From Eubacteriales bacterium (lineage in GTDB: Bacteria; Bacillota; Clostridia; Oscillospirales; CAG-272): a stretch of 61,328 nt of DNA. Below the pieces are notes generated by a model that was given only the letters and a program-made list of their open reading frames with translations, did not search any database and had not been told where the DNA came from. Each line of letters starts with the position of its first letter. The first letter of the stretch is position 1. This document shows, piece after piece, positions 53,893 to 61,328 of the stretch. The stretch spans positions 1-61,328 of the forward strand of contig JAZTWU010000122.1 in NCBI GenBank assembly GCA_045636085.1, read 5' to 3'. Position numbers and translations under genes: made by a program.

Positions 53893-54457
53893 CGCTGTTC
53901 AGCTCCTCGTCCATGAAAACGAGCGGCTCGTATTTCGGGTTTTCGGGGGAGAGAATCAGCTTGTTTTTTTCCGGGTAGAAATAAACGCGCTTGAGCGTTG
54001 CCTCATCTCCTATAATGACGGCGGCGATCTCTCCGTTTTCAACGGTGTCCTGCGCGCGAATGAAGACGATATCTCCGTCAAAGATTCTTGCCCCGATCAT
54101 AGAGTCACCGCTGGCGGCAAGACAGAAATCCGCATCGATATTTCCTCCCGGGGTGCAAAAGCTTCCGTATTCGCTTTCGGCAAGGATCGGTTTTCCGCAG
54201 GCGATGCGGCCGAGAAGCGGCAGGCGCTTGGTCGTGATCTGCGGGTATCCCTCGGATTCGCCCTCCCAGCCCATCAGCGCGGCAGGCGTTGTCTCCAAAG
54301 CAATCGCCAGAGCCTCCACCTTTTCGGGAGGAATATTGGCGATGGTTCCGTTTTCGTATCGGTGGATCGTTTGTTTGCTCGTGCCGATGCGGGTGGCAAG
54401 CTCCTCCAGCGTCAGCCCCAGTGCTCTGCGGCGGATTTTAAGTTCATTGCAAATCAT
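53846..54457 (-). CDS. XRE-family HTH / S24 peptidase self-cleaving repressor (phage cI-like or LexA-like, not canonical LexA)
   Basis: N-terminus RRRALGLTLEELATRIGTSKQTIHRYENG is an XRE-type HTH. S24 catalytic motifs are GDSM (Ser) and ATLKRV (Lys). The predicted cleavage region is LLGRIACGKPIL. Start MICNELK at 54455-54457. Confidence 0.85.
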   Translation of the reverse strand: MICNELKIRRRALGLTLEELATRIGTSKQTIHRYENGTIANIPPEKVEALAIALETTPAALMGWEGESEGYPQITTKRLPLLGRIACGKPILAESEYGSFCTPGGNIDADFCLAASGDSMIGARIFDGDIVFIRAQDTVENGEIAAVIIGDEATLKRVYFYPEKNKLILSPENPKYEPLVFMDEELNSVKILGKAVAYQSRLL

Positions 54458-54492
54458 AGGGAATTTTCTCCTTTTTTGTCGAATCCACATAT

Positions 54493-54521
54493 AGTATACA
54501 CTACTGTCACTTATTATGCAA
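54493..54521 (-). promoter_or_regulatory. sigma-A type promoter of the repressor gene
   Basis: Minus strand reads TTGCAT-17 nt-TATACT. Confidence 0.55.
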
Positions 54522-54551
54522 TAGTTTTTCGAAAAAAATGAAAAAAACTCC

Positions 54552-54576
54552 AAAAATCACTTGACAAGTGACTTTT
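54552..54576. promoter_or_regulatory. palindromic operator copy B (O1): AAAAATCAC-TTGACAA-GTGACTTTT
   Basis: Near-perfect inverted repeat (8 of 9 positions) centred on the -35 hexamer. Same half-sites and spacing as 17571-17595. Confidence 0.65.
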
Positions 54577-54590
54577 GTTTGTGGTATCAT
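54561..54590 (+). promoter_or_regulatory. strong sigma-A promoter divergent from the repressor gene
   Basis: TTGACA-18 nt-TATCAT with a TGg extended -10. Confidence 0.7.
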
Positions 54591-54609
54591 AGTCACGCAT
54601 CAGGTTACT
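54591..54609. promoter_or_regulatory. weaker operator-like site O2: AGTCAC-N7-GTTACT
   Basis: Same 7-nt spacing as O1, with one mismatch to the core palindrome. Lies directly after the -10 element. Confidence 0.4.
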
Positions 54610-54655
54610 GTTTTGCTATTATTCCACAATTAAGTGACGAAAGGAGAGGGTTTTT

Positions 54656-54943
54656 GTGCCAGCGGAATGGATGGCGAGAGAGGAAGAGGATTTTGTGGAT
54701 TCGCTTTTTTCCCTGCAGGGAGAAATACAGGCCTTGGCAAATCGCGGTCGCGCGGTAAATGTGCGGCTGAACGTTCGGGAGCTCGTGGCTCCCTTGTCCT
54801 TCGGAGGGGTTTCGGAGGTCTCCGTCCGCGCGCTTTCAACGATGATGCGCGAGGTAGCGGCGATACGAGCACATCTTTCCCAGCTTGCGGAGAAGCTTTC
54901 GCTTCTTGCAGGGGAGATATTTGCGGAGGGAGGTGTTGCTTGA
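54656..54943 (+). CDS. hypothetical 95-aa protein, first gene of the repressor-controlled transcript
   Basis: GTG start with AAGGAGAG about 9 nt upstream. Helical, acidic N-terminus. No family recognised. Confidence 0.5.
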   Translation: MPAEWMAREEEDFVDSLFSLQGEIQALANRGRAVNVRLNVRELVAPLSFGGVSEVSVRALSTMMREVAAIRAHLSQLAEKLSLLAGEIFAEGGVA

Positions 54944-55329
54944 TGTGCCCGAAGGAGAATATAAAAGAAAAGGAAGAAAAGGGTATTCCCGAAAGTGCAG
55001 ATGCGCTTGCGGCGGCACTTTGTGCGGATTATTTCCGAAGGGAGCGCGCCATTGAAACGGGGGAAGCACCCCTGCGCGTTCGGATGGAATACGAATATTT
55101 GAATCGCAAGATCTATACGGCGGCGCGTGAGCTCTGCGAGGGGGCAGACGATGCGCTTGGCTACATAGAGGAGATCGGTGCGCGACGTGGCTATGCAAAA
55201 AGCCGCTTCACGGTCAGCGAAAAGACCTATAAGGTGAAAAAGCGCGAGGTGAAGCTCAATATTTTGCGTCGCCTCTTTTTGCTGGAGAGTGAACGCGGCC
55301 GAGCCTCGTCCGAGGAGGCCGAAAAATAA
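54943..55329 (+). CDS. 128-aa protein, possible RinA/ArpU-like late-gene activator (unverified)
   Basis: The ATG overlaps the upstream stop (TGATG). N-terminal LCADYFRRERAI and a C-terminal HTH-like tail (FTVSEKTYKVKKREVKLNILRRLFL) resemble the layout of small phage late activators by eye. Confidence 0.45.
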   Translation: MCPKENIKEKEEKGIPESADALAAALCADYFRRERAIETGEAPLRVRMEYEYLNRKIYTAARELCEGADDALGYIEEIGARRGYAKSRFTVSEKTYKVKKREVKLNILRRLFLLESERGRASSEEAEK

Positions 55330-55378
55330 AAACCGGCTTCGCGTGTTTTGACATTTTTTTCATTCTGCATCTGATATA

Positions 55379-55762
55379 ATGGAGACGGATCAAAGAAAGA
55401 ATGAAGGAATGGCCAAAAAAATGTCTGAAAAAAATGAAAATCTCTCTCTTTCCTACCGTGCGGATACGCTTTCGGCTACATTGCTTTGCGAGGTGGATCA
55501 CCATAAGGCCAAGCCCTTGCGCGAGGCGATCGACCGCGCCGCATTTGCTTATAGGCCGCGTGTGCTCGCGCTGGATTTCTCTGCCGTTCGATTTATGGAT
55601 AGCTCGGCGATTGCCCTGATCCTCGGGCGCTCTGCCCTGGGGGAGGATCTGGGCTTTCGCGTTGTGCTCACGGGGCTTTGTCCCACAGCGGAAAGGCTTC
55701 TCAGGCTTTCCGGAATCGAAGGAAGAAAAAATATTACCGTGCAACGGGAAAAGAAGGCTTAA
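55379..55762 (+). CDS. spoIIAA: anti-sigma-F factor antagonist SpoIIAA (STAS domain); start uncertain (55379, 55409 or 55421)
   Basis: LDFSAVRFMDSSAIALILG with the phosphorylatable Ser context. Followed by spoIIAB and sigF. Confidence 0.8.
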   Translation: METDQRKNEGMAKKMSEKNENLSLSYRADTLSATLLCEVDHHKAKPLREAIDRAAFAYRPRVLALDFSAVRFMDSSAIALILGRSALGEDLGFRVVLTGLCPTAERLLRLSGIEGRKNITVQREKKA

Positions 55763-55772
55763 GGAGAGAGAA

Positions 55773-56207
55773 ATGAAAAAGATAGAAAATGAAATGAAGC
55801 TGCGCCTTCCCGCAAAAAGCGAGAATGAGAGCGCGGCAAGAAGCGCCGTCAGCGCATTCGTTGCCCTTTTGAATCCAACGGTGGAGGAGCTGGGCGATAT
55901 CCGCCTCGCCGTCAGCGAGGCGGTCACGAATGCAATCGTTCACGCCTATAAGGAGAACGAGGAGGGGCTTATATACATATCGGTTCGTCTGTATAGTGAC
56001 CGTGAAATATCGGTTGAGATCTCGGATAAGGGATGCGGGATCGAGAATGTGGAAAAGGCGCAACAGCCTTTTTTCACCACGGGAAACGGAGAGGACCGAT
56101 GCGGTATGGGCTTCCTCGTAATGCAGAGCTTCACGGATGCTTTGCTCGTGAAATCCAAGGTGGGGCGCGGCACCACCGTGCTGATGAGGAAAAAACTACA
56201 CCCTTAA
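55773..56207 (+). CDS. spoIIAB: anti-sigma-F factor / serine kinase SpoIIAB
   Basis: N-box EAVTNAIVHAY and G-boxes DKGCGI and CGMGF. The ATG at 55773 follows AAGGAGAGAG. Confidence 0.9.
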   Translation: MKKIENEMKLRLPAKSENESAARSAVSAFVALLNPTVEELGDIRLAVSEAVTNAIVHAYKENEEGLIYISVRLYSDREISVEISDKGCGIENVEKAQQPFFTTGNGEDRCGMGFLVMQSFTDALLVKSKVGRGTTVLMRKKLHP

Positions 56208-56223
56208 CCGCGGTGAGTGCCGG

Positions 56224-56964
56224 ATGATGAACGAAGTAAAAGAGCAGGCCGCGAGAGCCTACGATAAAAATCTTGACCTTTTAAGAGAATATCGCGCGGG
56301 CAATTCTTTGGCAGGTGAGGAGCTCGTACTGCTGAACCGCCCCTTGATCTATCGGATCGTTGCTCGTTTTTCTGCGAGATACAGCGATGTGCAGGAGCTA
56401 TATGAGGTGGGGAGCATCGGGCTTGTCAAGGCGATCAATACCTTTGACTTTTCGAGGGAATGCGCCTTTTCCACCTATGCCGTTCCGCTGATTATGGGCG
56501 AGATCCGTCGCTTTCTCAGAGATGACGGGCCAATCAAGGTTTCAAGAGAGGAGAAGCGCCTTTGCGCGCTTCTTGGCGCCGCGCGGGAAAAAATGCTTGC
56601 CGAGGGGATCCGTCCAACGGTGGAGATGCTGGCCGTGGCGGTCGGCGTTGCGCCCTCGGATGCGGCCGTTGCGCTCACCTCGGGCGGCGCGGTGCGTTTG
56701 CTCTCCGAGCCTGTGGGAGGGGAAGAGGAGCTTTCGCTCGAGAGCACCGTATATGACGAGGAGGCCGAGGGGCGATTTTTTGACCGCCTATCCCTCCGTA
56801 TGGCAATGGAAAAGCTGGAGGAGCGGCAAAAAAAGCTCATTCTTTTGCGGTATTTTCGGGATTATTCCCAGCAAAGAACGGCTGAGATCCTTGGCGTAAC
56901 GCAGGTGAAGGTCTCCCGTGAGGAAAAGAAAATTCTTGAAAAGTTGCGCGCCGCGCTGGTGTAG
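56224..56964 (+). CDS. sigF: RNA polymerase sporulation sigma factor SigF
   Basis: Region 2 (GSIGLVKAINTFD, FSTYAVPLIMGEIRRFLRD) and a region 4 HTH (SQQRTAEILGVTQVKVSREEKK). Confidence 0.9.
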   Translation: MMNEVKEQAARAYDKNLDLLREYRAGNSLAGEELVLLNRPLIYRIVARFSARYSDVQELYEVGSIGLVKAINTFDFSRECAFSTYAVPLIMGEIRRFLRDDGPIKVSREEKRLCALLGAAREKMLAEGIRPTVEMLAVAVGVAPSDAAVALTSGGAVRLLSEPVGGEEELSLESTVYDEEAEGRFFDRLSLRMAMEKLEERQKKLILLRYFRDYSQQRTAEILGVTQVKVSREEKKILEKLRAALV

Positions 56965-57017
56965 ATCGATGCCGAATGGGAAAATTGTTAATAAACTGTG
57001 AAAGTCTCAAAAAGGTA

Positions 57018-57046
57018 TTGATTTTTCCTTTATATTGGTATAAAAT
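57018..57046 (+). promoter_or_regulatory. sigma-A promoter of groESL
   Basis: TTGATT-17 nt-TAAAAT, immediately upstream of CIRCE. Confidence 0.65.
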
Positions 57047-57060
57047 ATAGAATGTAACGC

Positions 57061-57087
57061 TTAGCACTCTTTCCTTTTGAGTGCTAA
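57061..57087. promoter_or_regulatory. CIRCE element (HrcA operator)
   Basis: Perfect TTAGCACTC-N9-GAGTGCTAA. Confidence 0.95.
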
Positions 57088-57112
57088 ATGCGAAATTTCG
57101 GAGGTAAACTTT

Positions 57113-57400
57113 ATGAAAATCAAACCTTTGCTTGATAAGGTTGTTGTGAAGCGTGTTGAAGCGCAGGAAACCACGAAGGCGGGCATCCTTTTGCCCGGCT
57201 CCGCGCAGGAGAAGCCCCAGATGTCCGAGGTTGTGGCCGTTGGCCCCGGTGGACTTGTGGATGGCAAGGAAGTGGTTATGACGCTTTCTGTCGGTGATCG
57301 CGTGATCGTCGGCAAATATAGCGGCACGGAAGTGAAGCTGGATGGCGTGGAGTATATGGTTGTCAGCCAGTCGGATATTCTTGCCGTAATTGAGGACTGA
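57113..57400 (+). CDS. groES: co-chaperonin GroES
   Basis: MKIKPLLDKVVVKRVEAQETTKAGILLP. GGAGG RBS. The track ORF starts 12 codons upstream. Confidence 0.95.
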   Translation: MKIKPLLDKVVVKRVEAQETTKAGILLPGSAQEKPQMSEVVAVGPGGLVDGKEVVMTLSVGDRVIVGKYSGTEVKLDGVEYMVVSQSDILAVIED

Positions 57401-57406
57401 TTTTAG

Positions 57407-59053
<1,647 letters not shown>

Positions 59054-59280
59054 TACGCTTAGAAATTTTCGCATAAAGTGCCGATCGCTCCCGCTCGCCG
59101 TACCCTCGTACGGCTTCGGGTCGCGCTCGGCGCTTTCTATCAAAAATTTCGTCGCGTAGTCGCTTAGATATTTTGGCATAAATAATCGTGCGCGCCCCTT
59201 GGAGTAGGTTTCTACACCGTAGGGGTGCGCACTTCTATTTCTGCTCAAAATCCCGTTGCCAAATGTCGCTTTGACATAAA
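59054..59280. repeat. two diverged tandem copies of a ~100-bp unit (AT-rich head, GC-rich imperfect hairpin, TTCTAT..CAAAAT tail)
   Basis: CGCTTAGAAATTTTCGCATAAA at about 59056 versus CGCTTAGATATTTTGGCATAAA at about 59158, each followed by a long hairpin (about 59079-59135 and 59191-59236). Confidence 0.45.
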
Positions 59281-59320
59281 AATTAATCAACCGCACCCGA
59301 GGGTGCGGTTGATTAATTTT
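59281..59320. terminator. bidirectional intrinsic terminator
   Basis: AATTAATCAACCGCACCC / GGGTGCGGTTGATTAATT long stem with T-runs on both strands. Also marks the GC-content boundary. Confidence 0.75.
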
Positions 59321-61328
59321 TAAGAATAGTACAAAGCATACATCTGCAAAACGATTGTATCGTATCGTCTGTAGAGATCTTGTTTGATAAGCTTCGAGGA
59401 AGCAATGTCGTTAATCAAGGACTCGTAAGCGGCCATTTCTTCATCATTTATATCGTTGGCATTGGCACGCTCCCTAAAGAATATGTTAGCATAATCCATA
59501 CCAAGGAGAACGGATGTTTTATACATTTTGATCGCATAAACATAGTTCTCCGCTTGCGTCCGATTGGAAAATCTGAAGTAATCCAGTAACGTATTATGAA
59601 TGATTCCGCGGAGTGCGTCCTCGAGTTGAGTACCGATATACATTTTATAATATGCGGTATAAACGGCATCCACGTTAAATCCAAGGTTGGCTAAGAAGAG
59701 AACGCCCTTAGCAGCCCCTTGAATTGCACCGATTGCAGGAAAAATGGAGGTTACCACGTGATCCCATGCCAAATCTAATAAAGCCTTAGCCAACGCATTG
59801 GTGGTTGCACTCACCTCGGGGTCAGAGCGAAGTCTTTCGAAAAGATTGTCTGCTGCGGCGCGATAAAGATCGGCACATTCGCTTGCCGCATCTCTGAGCG
59901 CACGAGGATTCGAAGAGTCGTTGGCGATTTCCGTTAAAATGGCTTGAAACGCGCTATCCATATCGGAAAGCGCCTTGGTCATTGCACAGGCTTTGAGCGC
60001 ATCATATAAATTTTTTTCTCTTTCAAAAATAACATCTAAGCCGACGATACCCCATTTTGTCAGCTTAGCGAGTTCAAATCCGGAGGTTGGCATCGTACCG
60101 AGAATTTCTTCTTCCAACGGACTGCCGACAGCATCCTTAATAAGCCCGAACAGATAGGAATTTGTCATGTACTCTAATGTATCATAAACATTTTTTTCCG
60201 CATCTGCCTCTCCGCATAAAAGATCATAAATAACGAGCTTGTAGAGGTCCTTTTCACAAATAGCAGCGCCATCATCCGAAAATGATGTGTTTGCGGCGAA
60301 GTATAATCCCTTCCAAATGGTAAGCTGGGCTTGCCATTTCATATCCTCTTGCATCATATTCACTAGTATAGAGGAATAAGATGATTCTTCCTCACCAAAA
60401 ATCTCCGTAAAGTTTTCGGAGGAAAATTCTGCTTCAAAAGAGGTTTCGCTTATATTCCAAATGCGCTTTTGTCCGTCATCGTTATAGTACCAAAAATCCC
60501 CCGTGTTTTGAGGCTCATTTTCGCTATAATAGTATGGTGTTACACTTAAGGGATATACATTGTTGCTATTGATAGTAATTTCCGCCCATTCGTCAGGAGT
60601 TCCTGTGAAATACAATCTTTCGAGACTGGAACAACCGCTAAAAACATTGCTACCGAAAGAACGCAAAAAATCCTTTCCGTTCACGAAAGTTACATCATCA
60701 AGGGATACACAGTTATTAAATGCATTATTTCCGAGAAATTTAACATTTGAAGGAATTACAACAGAAGTCAAAGCGGTACAGCCCGAATAGGCATAGGAAC
60801 CGACGCTATTAACGCCGGTTCCGAGATCAATATTTTTGAGGGATACACATCCCTCAAAAACGTAATTACCAATAGTTGGTATGTGGGAATAGGTGATTGT
60901 TTCGAGCAAGACACATCCTGCAAAGGCGTAATCTCCAATCGTTTCGACTCTTTCTCCGATAGTAACACTAACAAGAGCAGTACAATCACGGAACGTTTCT
61001 CTATCTACCGCAAGCAACTTATTTCCAAGCGTTACACTTGTCAGCTTTTCGCAATTCTCAAACGCACCATCGTATCTTTGGTAATAGCTATCAGTACAAT
61101 ACGACAAGATTTGAGTTACGCTATCGGGAATTACAAACTCAGTAATGGGACATCCCATAAATGCAGCGCCGGCAATTGAAAGCAATCCTTCGTTGAGCAT
61201 AACGTTTGTAAGACGGATACAGCCGCTAAAGCAATAACTTCCAATGCTTTCTACATTACCCGGTATTACAATAGAAGCAAGTTCAATGCAGTTACTAAAC
61301 GCGTGATCGCCAATAGAAATTACAGATG
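59320..61328 (-). CDS. BspA-type leucine-rich-repeat protein with a ~400-aa helical C-terminal domain of unknown function (N-terminus beyond the window end)
   Basis: The track ORF ends at 61200, but my translation of 61201-61328 in the same frame (SVISIGDHAFSNCIELASIVIPGNVESIGSYCFSGCIRLTNV) stays open and continues the repeats. Hand-counted GC is about 38-40%. Confidence 0.75.
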   Translation of the reverse strand, partial: SVISIGDHAFSNCIELASIVIPGNVESIGSYCFSGCIRLTNVMLNEGLLSIAGAAFMGCPITEFVIPDSVTQILSYCTDSYYQRYDGAFENCEKLTSVTLGNKLLAVDRETFRDCTALVSVTIGERVETIGDYAFAGCVLLETITYSHIPTIGNYVFEGCVSLKNIDLGTGVNSVGSYAYSGCTALTSVVIPSNVKFLGNNAFNNCVSLDDVTFVNGKDFLRSFGSNVFSGCSSLERLYFTGTPDEWAEITINSNNVYPLSVTPYYYSENEPQNTGDFWYYNDDGQKRIWNISETSFEAEFSSENFTEIFGEEESSYSSILVNMMQEDMKWQAQLTIWKGLYFAANTSFSDDGAAICEKDLYKLVIYDLLCGEADAEKNVYDTLEYMTNSYLFGLIKDAVGSPLEEEILGTMPTSGFELAKLTKWGIVGLDVIFEREKNLYDALKACAMTKALSDMDSAFQAILTEIANDSSNPRALRDAASECADLYRAAADNLFERLRSDPEVSATTNALAKALLDLAWDHVVTSIFPAIGAIQGAAKGVLFLANLGFNVDAVYTAYYKMYIGTQLEDALRGIIHNTLLDYFRFSNRTQAENYVYAIKMYKTSVLLGMDYANIFFRERANANDINDEEMAAYESLINDIASSKLIKQDLYRRYDTIVLQMYALYYS

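Noticed and set aside
53846-54457. Annotating the S24 repressor as the host LexA and looking for Cheo/SOS boxes.
   Set aside because: The N-terminus is an XRE-type HTH, not the LexA winged-helix (there is no L-T-x-R-Q-x-E-I-L lead). No GAAC-N4-GTTC box lies in its promoter region. The operator found has a different sequence.
54477-54483. A perfect Spo0A-box heptamer TGTCGAA in the repressor 5' UTR, close to the spoIIA operon.
   Set aside because: A single 7-mer is expected several times by chance in 61 kb on two strands. I found no second box or sigma-H promoter nearby.

Overview
61.3-kb chromosomal segment of a moderately GC-rich, spore-forming Firmicute with Clostridia-like gene order; the species cannot be identified from sequence alone. 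Most of it is housekeeping: rimM (5' part), a GT4 glycosyltransferase, tadA, secG, cysK; an ABC-F ATPase; an amino-acid ABC importer; two pseudouridine synthases; an MFS transporter followed by three tandem GH39-like hydrolase paralogues; rluD-lspA-yggT-sepF-yggS; mrnC-hisS-ygiQ; pcrA; ylmH-PPIase-rsmF; a fadD-like ligase; an M16 peptidase; capD, a large secreted protein and wecB; spoIIAA-spoIIAB-sigF; CIRCE-controlled groES-groEL; and a low-GC BspA-type LRR gene that runs off the right edge. The accessory content is a 14-kb, 17-gene, minus-strand operon (3.5-17.5 kb) for a short-tailed phage-like particle. It has terminase, portal, scaffold, capsid and tail-fibre genes but no recognisable integrase, replication, immunity or endolysin gene. 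The most interesting observation is that its promoter region carries the same 25-bp palindromic operator (AAAAATCAC-N7-GTGACTTTT) as a promoter 37 kb away at 54.55 kb. That second promoter is divergent from an XRE-HTH/S24 self-cleaving repressor gene and drives two small ORFs, one of them RinA/ArpU-like. I read this as a candidate domesticated particle system under cleavable-repressor (SOS-type) control, with its regulatory and structural modules separated by housekeeping genes. Other points are five perfect TTTTCCACA DnaA-box-like 9-mers upstream of pcrA, a circularly permuted family-3 solute-binding protein, mosaic identical tracts among the GH39-like triplicates, and a frameshifted GH28 gene. 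I saw no rRNA, tRNA or CRISPR array. All homology calls rest on motifs recognised by eye; no searches were run. The ORF track translates TTG/GTG starts as M, and I re-derived starts from RBS context where I could.
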